A DNA stretch of 64,000 bases from Bacteroidota bacterium (GTDB lineage: Bacteria; Bacteroidota; Bacteroidia; 2-12-FULL-35-15): positions 85,081 through 149,080 of the forward strand of contig CANIFU010000002.1 in NCBI GenBank assembly GCA_947466965.1, read 5' to 3'. The notes below the pieces were generated by a model. It was given only the letters and a program-made list of their open reading frames with translations, ran no database searches and had not been told where the DNA came from. This document shows positions 30,790-38,851 of the stretch, in pieces. The number at the start of each line of letters is the position of its first letter. The stretch's first letter is position 1. The translations under genes and the position numbers were made by a program.

Positions 30790-31104
30790 AAATAAGGTGA
30801 TAGGGAAATAAGTTGAGGTGATAAGGGAAAAAGGTGATAAGGTTATAGGGTAAGAAGGGAAAAAGGTAATGGGTAAGAAGGAAAGAGGGTAATAGGGAAA
30901 GAGGTAATAAGGAAATAGGGTAATAAGGGAAAGAGGTTAATAAGGAAATAGGGTAATAAGGGAAAGAGGTTAATAGGGAAAAAGGTAATAAGGAAATAGG
31001 GTAATAAGGAAATAGGGTAATAAGGGAAAGAGGTTAATAAGGAAATAGGGTAATAAGGGAAAAAGGAAACAAGGTAATAAGGTAATAAGGAAAGAAAGAA
31101 AGGA
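30790..31104. repeat. Purine-rich tandem repeat tract (~8-bp units, 33-bp higher-order repeat)
   Basis: Units such as GGTAATAA, GGAAATAG and GGAAAGAG. Exact 33-mer TAATAAGGAAATAGGGTAATAAGGGAAAGAGGT at 30905, 30938 and 31002. Only one C on the + strand. Confidence 0.92.
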
Positions 31105-31105
31105 A

Positions 31106-31771
31106 TTAATTACTCGCAAATAGGAAGTGATTCGGAGAGACTAAATTTTCGCGAACGGCAAACAAAACTAATCCGGCAGTATTGTTGACGCCTAGTTTGT
31201 TCATGATGTTTTTACGGTGAGTCGTAACAGTATGCGTACTTAAAAACAGTTTATCAGCTACTTCTTTATTTGACAATCCTTCAGCAATCAGTTTGATGAT
31301 TTCCATTTCGCGGTCACTTATATTTAAACCTTCACAGGTATATTCATTAACCGATGTTTTATCAATCAAAACAGCACTTGCAATTTTTCCGCACATAAAA
31401 TTTTCACCTTTCGCAGTTTTATAAATCGCTTCAACAATTTCTTCCTGCTCACAATCTTTTAACAGATGACTCGTTACGCCTAAATTCAAAGCCTTTGCAA
31501 TAGAAATATTACTTTGAACATCTGTAATGGCAAGCAAATGTGTTTTGGGATACTTTTTTACAATTTGATGTAAATTCTCAAAGCTAAAATTAGCAGATGT
31601 ATAATCAATAATGATCAAATCGGGGTGATAAAATTTTGATTGATTAATAAGGTCAGAAGCACTTAAAGCTTCTGAAAGGAGCACAAAATCAGTGTTTTCT
31701 TCAAGCAAAATTACTAAGCCTTTGCGACTTAAAAAATGGCTATCAGCTATGATAATTTTGATTTTTTGCAC
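31106..31771 (-). CDS. NarL/LuxR-family response regulator (no adjacent kinase)
   Basis: Receiver domain (IIIADSH, PDLIIID, LLKD) plus HTH (ISDREMEIIKLIAEGLSNKEVADKLFLSTHTVTTHRKNIMNKL). GTG start. Confidence 0.92.
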   Translation of the reverse strand: MQKIKIIIADSHFLSRKGLVILLEENTDFVLLSEALSASDLINQSKFYHPDLIIIDYTSANFSFENLHQIVKKYPKTHLLAITDVQSNISIAKALNLGVTSHLLKDCEQEEIVEAIYKTAKGENFMCGKIASAVLIDKTSVNEYTCEGLNISDREMEIIKLIAEGLSNKEVADKLFLSTHTVTTHRKNIMNKLGVNNTAGLVLFAVRENLVSPNHFLFASN

Positions 31772-31776
31772 TTTTT

Positions 31777-31799
31777 TTATTTAGATTGATTTTAAATAA
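31777..31799. promoter_or_regulatory. Putative Fur-type box upstream of the LuxR regulator
   Basis: TTATTTAGATTGATTTTAAATAA. The core matches ATTTAGAATTATTCTAAAT at 16/19. It lies between the TACTTTTG promoter (31804-31811, minus) and the start. Confidence 0.55.
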
Positions 31800-31901
31800 T
31801 GATCAAAAGTACAAATTGTAATGGTTTATACAAACTTTTGGAGGACTTTTTTAAAGGAACTTATAAACCTAACGAAAGAGTCATATTAAAACTAGAAAAG
31901 C

Positions 31902-32024
31902 AGCCGCAGATTCGCAGATTTTCTGTGTGTGTTAATTTGGACTGATTCTGTGTAAATTGAAAGTTTATAAGCTAAGAATCTGCCCAAATAAATTAAGCGT
32001 ATAAAAATCTGCGAATCTGCGGCT
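31902..32024. repeat. Perfect 21-bp inverted repeat with 81-bp spacer (MITE/REP-like)
   Basis: AGCCGCAGATTCGCAGATTTT (31902-31922) and its exact reverse complement (32004-32024). Confidence 0.85.
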
Positions 32025-32041
32025 ATATTGCTAAAACATAA

Positions 32042-32962
32042 TTAGTGGCTAACAACAATACGCTCCCCTTCTATTGCTAATATGGAATTTTGAAAAGTAG
32101 ATTTAGCCTCTTCCAGCAATGGATTTAAGTCTTTATAACGGGCAGAATAATGCCCAATCATCAGTTGCTTTACATCCGCTTTTGCAGCAATCGTTCCAGC
32201 CTGTAAGGCTGTTGTATGAAAAGTTTCCTTTGCTCTTGATTCCATTTCCTGCAAAAAAGTGGCTTCATGATAAAGTAAATTAACACCCTTTATATATTCA
32301 ATGATCCCTTCATCATAACAGGTATCAGAACAGTACGCATAACTTCTGGGAGCCTGAATAGCATTCACCAGATCCTTATTTTTAATGATCTCCCCCGATT
32401 CTTTAACAAGATCTGCTCCCGATTTTATTTCAATAATTTGATCAACAGACAGGCCGTGATTATGTATGGTTTCTTTTGAAATAGTAGCAAGCAGCTGTTT
32501 TTCCTTAAAAATAAATCCACAGCAAGGGATGCGGTGATTCAATACAAGCGTTCTTACTTCCACCCTTTCATCTTCAAATATCAAATCATTGTTTAGATAA
32601 TTATGCGGATGATAAACGATTTTATAATTGATATACGATTGTGAATGCTTGAACTGCACTTCAATGATTTCCTGCAATTCAGCCGGACAAAACAGATGAA
32701 GATCTGCAGTTCGCCCTAACAGGTGCATGCTGGAGATCAAGCCAACCAATCCTAAATAATGATCGCCATGTAAATGACTAATAAAAATATGGTTTATGCG
32801 CTGAAATTTTAGTTTAAACTTCCTTAATTGGATTTGTGTTGCTTCGCCACAATCGATTAAAAAAAAACGCTCAGCTATGTTTAGTAGCTGAGCGGTAGGG
32901 TTACGTTTTGAAGTTGGTGTTGCACTGCTGCAACCAAGAATAGTTAATTCAAAATGCTGCAT
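32042..32962 (-). CDS. rnz: Ribonuclease Z
   Basis: LGCSSATP, LIDCGEATQ, SHLHGDHYLG, YCSDT, YHEATF, HYSARY. Confidence 0.95.
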   Translation of the reverse strand: MQHFELTILGCSSATPTSKRNPTAQLLNIAERFFLIDCGEATQIQLRKFKLKFQRINHIFISHLHGDHYLGLVGLISSMHLLGRTADLHLFCPAELQEIIEVQFKHSQSYINYKIVYHPHNYLNNDLIFEDERVEVRTLVLNHRIPCCGFIFKEKQLLATISKETIHNHGLSVDQIIEIKSGADLVKESGEIIKNKDLVNAIQAPRSYAYCSDTCYDEGIIEYIKGVNLLYHEATFLQEMESRAKETFHTTALQAGTIAAKADVKQLMIGHYSARYKDLNPLLEEAKSTFQNSILAIEGERIVVSH

Positions 32963-33720
32963 TACTTACCGGAAACAATCATACGTTTAGTAATTGTTTT
33001 GTCACCATTGGTGATAGAGTATATATAAACTCCCGGTGCAAATGAATTGGCTTCAATTTTAATTGTGTTTACACCTTTTGTTGTTTTGTAATTGCTATCA
33101 AAAATAACAGCACCTAGCATATTAAATACTTTAAAATCTACAGTTCCGTTATTAACGGTTGAAAAACGAATTTCAGAACTTTCGCTAAAAGGATTTGGAG
33201 AATTTTGGTCAACATCAAATTTATTTAAATCCAATGTTTCTACACCTGTTGGTGCAACAACAATACTTCTGTATTGTTGGTTAGTTTGAGGTAAACTTGC
33301 AGGGAATCCCAAAAAGGTTGCATAAGCCATTGCATTTACAGTTACTTGGTGATTCCAAACAGAAGTTGGAGTTCCTGTAATTAATATACATCCGCTTGAG
33401 TTACCTGGAAAACTACAACCTGACGGAGCACAAGAATAAGATAAGCCTGGTGCTAAACTATCCACACTGGTGATATCGATAGACACGATAGTAGCTAATG
33501 GTTGACCGAAATCTGATCCATCAGGAGGAACCATCATACTCATTACTTGAGTGTAAGGAACACCAACTGTTCCAATTGCAAGACCAGTAGCACTATCAGG
33601 ACAAATGCCATAGGTTGTTCCAGCAGGAATACAAGAAACGTTTGGGATACAAATTTGTGCTAACGATGTGAAAGCAAGTGATGTACCGACTGCGAAAGTG
33701 AAAAGTAGTTTTTTAATCAT
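32962..33720 (-). CDS. Small Cys-containing secreted protein with T9SS type A CTD
   Basis: Signal peptide, Cys-rich N-terminal domain, C-terminal QNSPNPF...FNMLG...PGVYIY...TKRMIV. Confidence 0.85.
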   Translation of the reverse strand: MIKKLLFTFAVGTSLAFTSLAQICIPNVSCIPAGTTYGICPDSATGLAIGTVGVPYTQVMSMMVPPDGSDFGQPLATIVSIDITSVDSLAPGLSYSCAPSGCSFPGNSSGCILITGTPTSVWNHQVTVNAMAYATFLGFPASLPQTNQQYRSIVVAPTGVETLDLNKFDVDQNSPNPFSESSEIRFSTVNNGTVDFKVFNMLGAVIFDSNYKTTKGVNTIKIEANSFAPGVYIYSITNGDKTITKRMIVSGK

Positions 33721-33757
33721 GGTTTAGGAATTTTAGTTTAGTTTAGTAATTTATTGT

Positions 33758-34105
33758 TTATGCTGTAATAGTAAATATTTCTTTTGCTTCAATTAGAGTT
33801 GATGTAATATTTAAAATTGTATCCAATTGAGAAATCGAGATTAGTTTTTTTACAGGTTCTTGCAAACCACAAAGTACAAATACGCCTTGACTGTTTTTGC
33901 ACAAACGGTTAGCAACCAAAATGGCACTTAAACCAGAAGAATCACAATAGCGGGTATCTGTCAAATCTATTATCATATTCTTTACTCCATCCGAACTAAT
34001 TAACACCAACTCTGATTTTAATGCTGGCGATAAATTACTATCCAACTTCTCTGCAAGTAACTTAATAATTGTATACTTCTCCGTCTTATCTATTTGAAAA
34101 CTCAT
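33758..34105 (-). CDS. STAS-domain anti-sigma-factor antagonist (RsbV/SpoIIAA-like)
   Basis: IDLTDTRYCDSSGLSAIL contains the phosphorylatable Ser motif; 115 aa. Confidence 0.9.
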   Translation of the reverse strand: MSFQIDKTEKYTIIKLLAEKLDSNLSPALKSELVLISSDGVKNMIIDLTDTRYCDSSGLSAILVANRLCKNSQGVFVLCGLQEPVKKLISISQLDTILNITSTLIEAKEIFTITA

Positions 34106-34189
34106 ACTGATAATTTATTTTAACAAATATATGAATTTTTTGTATTAAAAAAACAAGTAGAAAATTGAAAGAAATAAAAGTGTTGAAAA

Positions 34190-35113
34190 CTATGCTCTAC
34201 CAGCTAAAAGGAATAAAACAGCCATTCTTACGGCTACTCCATTTTCAACCTGATCCAAAATGATACTTTGAGCACTATCGGCAACATCGCTGGTAATCTC
34301 TACACCTCTATTAATTGGTCCAGGATGCATCACGACAATTTTTTTAGATAGTGAATCTAACAGCTCTTTATTAAGACCAAAAAGCATGGTATATTCCCGC
34401 AAAGATGGGAAAAACTTTATATCTTGCCGCTCTAGTTGTATACGCAACATATTAGCAACATCGCACCATTCCAGTGCTTTTCGCAAATTATGTTCTACTT
34501 TTACACCCAAACTATGTATATATTTTGGCATTAATGTAGTGGGGCCGCAAACCATAACATCTGCTCCTAATTTTTGCAAACAAAAAATGTTTGACAATGC
34601 AACGCGGGAGTGTAATATATCTCCAACAATGGCTATTTTTTTACCTTTAACACTCCCTATTTTTTCTTTGATAGAAAATGCATCAAGCAAAGCTTGAGTA
34701 GGATGTTCATGGGCCCCATCACCGGCATTTATAATTTTTGCATCAATATGTTTTGATAAAAAAACAGCTGCACCGGGATTTGGATGACGCATCACCACCA
34801 TATCCACTTTCATCGCCAGAATATTATTTACGGTATCTATTAATGTTTCACCTTTTTTTACAGAAGAGGAAGCTGATGAAAAATTAACAACATCAGCACT
34901 TAAGCGTTTTTCGGCTAATTCAAAAGATAGTTTTGTGCGGGTAGAGTTTTCGAAAAATAAATTTGCAATGGTAATATCTCTAAGTGATGGTACTTTTTTA
35001 ATTGGGCGATTAATAACTTCTTTAAAATTTTCGGCCGTTTTCAAAATTAAATGAATATCATCTGCCGTGAGATCTTTTATTCCAAGTAAATGTTTTGTAC
35101 TTAGTGTTGTCAT
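34190..35113 (-). CDS. pyrB: Aspartate carbamoyltransferase catalytic subunit
   Basis: FFENSTRT, NAGDGAHEHPTQALLD, GDILHSRV, RIQLER, MHPGPINRG. Confidence 0.97.
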   Translation of the reverse strand: MTTLSTKHLLGIKDLTADDIHLILKTAENFKEVINRPIKKVPSLRDITIANLFFENSTRTKLSFELAEKRLSADVVNFSSASSSVKKGETLIDTVNNILAMKVDMVVMRHPNPGAAVFLSKHIDAKIINAGDGAHEHPTQALLDAFSIKEKIGSVKGKKIAIVGDILHSRVALSNIFCLQKLGADVMVCGPTTLMPKYIHSLGVKVEHNLRKALEWCDVANMLRIQLERQDIKFFPSLREYTMLFGLNKELLDSLSKKIVVMHPGPINRGVEITSDVADSAQSIILDQVENGVAVRMAVLFLLAGRA

Positions 35114-35652
35114 TAGTCGTTCGATAATAATGTTACTTTATCTGCACCATCTGTTTCTTTCCATTCCACTTTCACTTTTTCGGATGCAATGGAATCAATC
35201 GTTTTTCCAACATATTTTGCTTGGATGGGCAAATGCCTGCTTAATCGTCGGTCAATCAACACAAGTAATTCAACATCGTTGGGCCGTCCGAAAGCCAACA
35301 TAGCATCTAATCCTGCTCGAATGGTTCTGCCTGTAAACAATACATCATCCACCATGATCACATTTTTTCCTTCAATAATAAAATCGATGTTTGTTTTATT
35401 GGGAACCAGTTCTTTCTGGCGAAAATCATCACGATAAAAAGTAGTATCCAAACTACCACATTTGATATCTTTTTTCTTTAATATCTCTTGAAGTTTTTTA
35501 TGGATCCTAGTTGCAAGATAAATTCCTCTGGGCTGCAGCCCTATAATAACTGTATTTGAGAAGTCGTTGTGAATTTCAATTAATTGATAACAAAGCCGAG
35601 TGACGGTAATATCGAGGTGTTTACTATCTAAAATGATTCGAGGCTTCATCAT
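35113..35652 (-). CDS. pyrR: PyrR bifunctional regulator / uracil phosphoribosyltransferase
   Basis: LDTTFYRDD, VDDVLFTGRTIRAGLD, LIDRR, LPIQ. Start MMKPRII (35652). TAACTTTG promoter at about 35662-35669. Confidence 0.93.
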   Translation of the reverse strand: MMKPRIILDSKHLDITVTRLCYQLIEIHNDFSNTVIIGLQPRGIYLATRIHKKLQEILKKKDIKCGSLDTTFYRDDFRQKELVPNKTNIDFIIEGKNVIMVDDVLFTGRTIRAGLDAMLAFGRPNDVELLVLIDRRLSRHLPIQAKYVGKTIDSIASEKVKVEWKETDGADKVTLLSND

Positions 35653-35716
35653 ACTAGAGCTCAAAGTTAATAAAAAAATCGAACGTGCAATAAATTAAAT
35701 ACTTATTAAAAACAAA

Positions 35717-35747
35717 AAGCCCTTAAAACGTATTGTCTTAAGGGCTT
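35717..35747 (-). terminator. Intrinsic terminator after the DUF1566-like gene
   Basis: AAGCCCTTAA...TTAAGGGCTT stem, with an A-run on the left that forms the U-tract on the minus strand. Confidence 0.65.
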
Positions 35748-35763
35748 AATAAGAAAGCGATTA

Positions 35764-36249
35764 TTAAAACTCTTTAACTGCTCTTGCACAAATAGTACAA
35801 TTACTTAATAATTTCCATGGTGTAGATGTAATTCCACCTGATGTTCCCATATAAAGCGTCCACGCAGAAGTTCCATCAGTACTTTTTGTAGAACTCCAAT
35901 AATTAAGATTAAGAAATCCGCCTATTGTAGTTTTTAGTGGCATCATTAACTCTAATTCCGTTTTTGTCGGTAACCGCCAACCACCAATAGAAGTAGCAGT
36001 AGTATATGAATTGCAATTAGCATTTGCTGTTGCCCAATTAATGTGATAACCTTGATCAGAAGTTGCAGCAATCAAACCGTGTTGACTTGAAGCATCTACA
36101 AAAATAACAATACCGCCCTGAAGATCATCGCCAACGGCATAAGAAGCTGAGGCAATACTAGTATCGGCTGGTTTGGTTTCATCTTTTTTACAAGAACCAA
36201 AAGAAAGAACTAAAAGGAGCAAAGCGAATATTTTTGGAGTAGTTTTCAT
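35764..36249 (-). CDS. DUF1566/Lcl-type (C-type-lectin fold) lipoprotein
   Basis: Lipobox FGS-CKKDE, VGDDLQGGIVIFVD...HGLIAA, GWRLPTKTEL, YWSST...AW, C-terminal RAVKEF. Confidence 0.8.
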   Translation of the reverse strand: MKTTPKIFALLLLVLSFGSCKKDETKPADTSIASASYAVGDDLQGGIVIFVDASSQHGLIAATSDQGYHINWATANANCNSYTTATSIGGWRLPTKTELELMMPLKTTIGGFLNLNYWSSTKSTDGTSAWTLYMGTSGGITSTPWKLLSNCTICARAVKEF

Positions 36250-36278
36250 GATGTATTATTTTTTTATTAATAATAAAA

Positions 36279-36434
36279 CTAAAAACTTAGATTCAATTTA
36301 TATAAAAAAGGTTGCATGATAAAAAACTCATGTTTTTTGACAGCTACTTTTAAGTTTTCAATTAATTGATAACAAAGCCGGGTAAAGGTAATATCGAGGT
36401 GTTTACTATCTAAAATGATTCGATGCTTTATCAT
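36279..36434 (-). pseudogene. Chimeric pyrR'/TPR-phosphatase fragment (51-aa ORF)
   Basis: 36356-36441 matches pyrR 35574-35659 at 81/86. 36331-36354 matches 38592-38615 at 24/24. Translation: MIKHRIILDSKHLDITFTRLCYQLIE-N-LKVAVKK-HEFFIMQPFLYKLNLSF. Confidence 0.8.
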
Positions 36435-36490
36435 ACTAGAGAACAAATATGCAAAAAATATTTCAATGCTACATTTTAAAAAAGGGAATC

Positions 36491-38710
36491 CTAAACCCTA
36501 ACACCAAGGATGCAGACATCGTCCACTTGATCCAACATAGCCTTCCAGGATTCAAATGTATTAGTTAACATTTCTTTTTGCTCATCCATTTTCATATTTT
36601 GAATTGTTAAAAGAATGGATTTGAGTTGCTGGTATTTAAATTTCTTTCCACTAGCACCACCAAATTGATCCGCATAACCGTCCGTGAAAATATAAATAAT
36701 ATCTCCTTTTTCTAATTGGATAGTATGCCCGGTAAAGGGTTTGCGATAATCAAACTTTCCAATAGGCTGCTTATCCGCTTTTATTTCTTGAATTTCGCCT
36801 TTGCTTTGAATCCAAATAGGGTTGTTTGCTCCTGCCCATTTTAACTGATTGTTTTTTTGATCAAGGCAACACAAAGAAATATCCATTCCATCCTTCACAT
36901 CACTTTCGCTTTTTTCGAAGGTCTCTTCTACCAACTCTGTTAGTTTATCAAGTATCGCAGCGGGCTCTGTTAATCCAAATTCTTTTATTGTTCTATTCAA
37001 AGCATTATGTCCGACTACACTCACCATCGCACCGGGAACACCATGTCCGGTACAATCTACAACAGCATAAAAGATTTTATCCCCTATCTTTTCCATCCAG
37101 TAAAAATCTCCTGAAACTATATCTTTCGGTTTAAATAAAATAAACGAGTCGGACAGAAATTCCTTCACCAATTTATCGGAAGGCAAAATTGCCGTTTGAA
37201 TTCTTTTCGCATAGGTAATACTATCGCGAACTTCTCTGTTACGCTCTTCAATAATTTCCTTTTGTAAGGTAATCTCATTATTCGCTTTTTGTATTTGTCT
37301 GTTACTTCTAAAAACAAACAATGCTAGTAAAAGCACAAAGATCAATCCGGTAGTAACTGATCCAATAATAATTTTCTGTTTTTTACTTTCAGCGGCAGAG
37401 AGTGCCTCCTGCTTTTCCTTATCCTTATTTAATAACTCAATTTGCGATTGTTTTTTTTCAGAATCGTATTTGCTGCTCATTTCTGCCATGGATTTAGCAT
37501 TTTCAGAAGTAAAAACACTGTCTTTCAAGGTCGAAAAAAGTTCATGATATTTAAACGCCTTTTCGAATTTACCTGCGTTGGAATTGGCTTTCGCATAGGA
37601 CTTGTATATTTCAATCAGATCAGGTTTCAAATTCAATTTTTTGGCGATAGAAATAGCACTTTCATATTTCTTTGAAGCATTCACAATATCATTCTTTTTT
37701 GAATATACATTTGCCTGACAATTATATGAATAGAGTTCAATTTGATAATTTTTTATTTCAATTGCAATGTCTTCTGCCTTTTTAAAATTAATCAGTGCAT
37801 TTACTAAATCGCCCATATCTGAATACAATTCTCCTAAATTAACCAGAATCATTCCTTGCCCATTTTTATCTCCAATTTCCTTTTTAATTTCATATGACTT
37901 TTTAAATTCAACTTGTGCTTTTTCAAACTGTTTAGTATCTTTATATACAGCTCCCAAATTCATTGTAATGGCACTCATTTGATATTTATTATTGATTTTT
38001 AAGGCCATTTTTAATCCATCCGTAAAATATTTTTCAGCTTCTTTATAATTTTTCATATAGAAATAAACCACACCAATGTTTCCATTGGCCATAGTGATTC
38101 CTTCATTGTCTTTTATGATCTCATTCAGTTTTAATGATTTCAAATAATATGTAAGGCTCTGCTTGTAATTTCCCGACAAATTAAAGCAGCTGGCAATATT
38201 ATTATATAATTTACCGATTGTAATTGTATCGTTAAACTTTTTGAATGCTAGATCCAATGCTTTCTGATAATTATTGATAGCGCTATCATATTGTTGATGA
38301 TAATAGAAATAAGTACCATAATTATGATAACTCCGAACAATCAACTCATAATAATTTATTTCCTTTGCCAAAAGCATTGTCGTATCAATATAACGTTTCG
38401 ATTGCTTAAAATCAGATAGTCTAAGATAAATTCCGCCCAAATTAGTATACCCCTTCAATTCCCCTTTTTTATAATTTATTTTTTTGGCTTTCTTAATTGC
38501 TTCAATTGAATATTCAATAGCTTTCTGAGGATCAACAGTAGAAGAAGCAAGGCTTATATTGAGGAGCGTTTTTACTTCCGAGGTATCTTTCTGTTTTTTG
38601 ACAGCTACTTTTAAGGAATCAATATCTGCTGGCGTAAAAATTTTTTTGACTTGAGCATACGAGCCGATAGAATGTAAAAGAAAAACAAATGCTATTGAAA
38701 TCTTTTTCAT
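36491..38710 (-). CDS. Periplasmic TPR sensor - TM - SpoIIE/PP2C (RsbU-like) phosphatase
   Basis: Start MKKISIAF (38710), signal peptide, TPR repeats, TM helix IIIGSVTTGLIFVLLLALFVF, YAKRIQTAILP, VSGDFYW, VDCTGHGVPGA, FTDGYADQFGG, QVDDVC. Confidence 0.92.
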   Translation of the reverse strand: MKKISIAFVFLLHSIGSYAQVKKIFTPADIDSLKVAVKKQKDTSEVKTLLNISLASSTVDPQKAIEYSIEAIKKAKKINYKKGELKGYTNLGGIYLRLSDFKQSKRYIDTTMLLAKEINYYELIVRSYHNYGTYFYYHQQYDSAINNYQKALDLAFKKFNDTITIGKLYNNIASCFNLSGNYKQSLTYYLKSLKLNEIIKDNEGITMANGNIGVVYFYMKNYKEAEKYFTDGLKMALKINNKYQMSAITMNLGAVYKDTKQFEKAQVEFKKSYEIKKEIGDKNGQGMILVNLGELYSDMGDLVNALINFKKAEDIAIEIKNYQIELYSYNCQANVYSKKNDIVNASKKYESAISIAKKLNLKPDLIEIYKSYAKANSNAGKFEKAFKYHELFSTLKDSVFTSENAKSMAEMSSKYDSEKKQSQIELLNKDKEKQEALSAAESKKQKIIIGSVTTGLIFVLLLALFVFRSNRQIQKANNEITLQKEIIEERNREVRDSITYAKRIQTAILPSDKLVKEFLSDSFILFKPKDIVSGDFYWMEKIGDKIFYAVVDCTGHGVPGAMVSVVGHNALNRTIKEFGLTEPAAILDKLTELVEETFEKSESDVKDGMDISLCCLDQKNNQLKWAGANNPIWIQSKGEIQEIKADKQPIGKFDYRKPFTGHTIQLEKGDIIYIFTDGYADQFGGASGKKFKYQQLKSILLTIQNMKMDEQKEMLTNTFESWKAMLDQVDDVCILGVRV

Positions 38711-38763
38711 GATTGAAGTATAAAAAAATTTAGACTTGCAATTTAGGACAATTTTTCGGACAA

Positions 38764-38795
38764 AAAAAGCGCCCCACAGTACGGGGGCGCTTTTT
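38764..38795 (-). terminator. Intrinsic terminator of rpsA
   Basis: AAAAAGCGCCCC-ACAGTACG-GGGGCGCTTTTT. A second 12-bp hairpin (38821-38850) lies between it and the rpsA stop. Confidence 0.8.
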
Positions 38796-38851
38796 CTAAA
38801 AACCATGGCGTGATTTTTAGATTTTGCAGGTCGCGTAAGACCTACAAAATA

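Noticed and set aside
30790-31104. CRISPR array
   Set aside because: The 33-bp repeats are directly adjacent or separated by the same low-complexity units. There are no unique spacers and no cas genes.
35653-35760. PyrR-binding attenuator upstream of pyrR-pyrB
   Set aside because: No PyrR-binding loop was recognisable. The hairpin there is better explained as the upstream gene's terminator, and the promoter is adjacent to the start codon.
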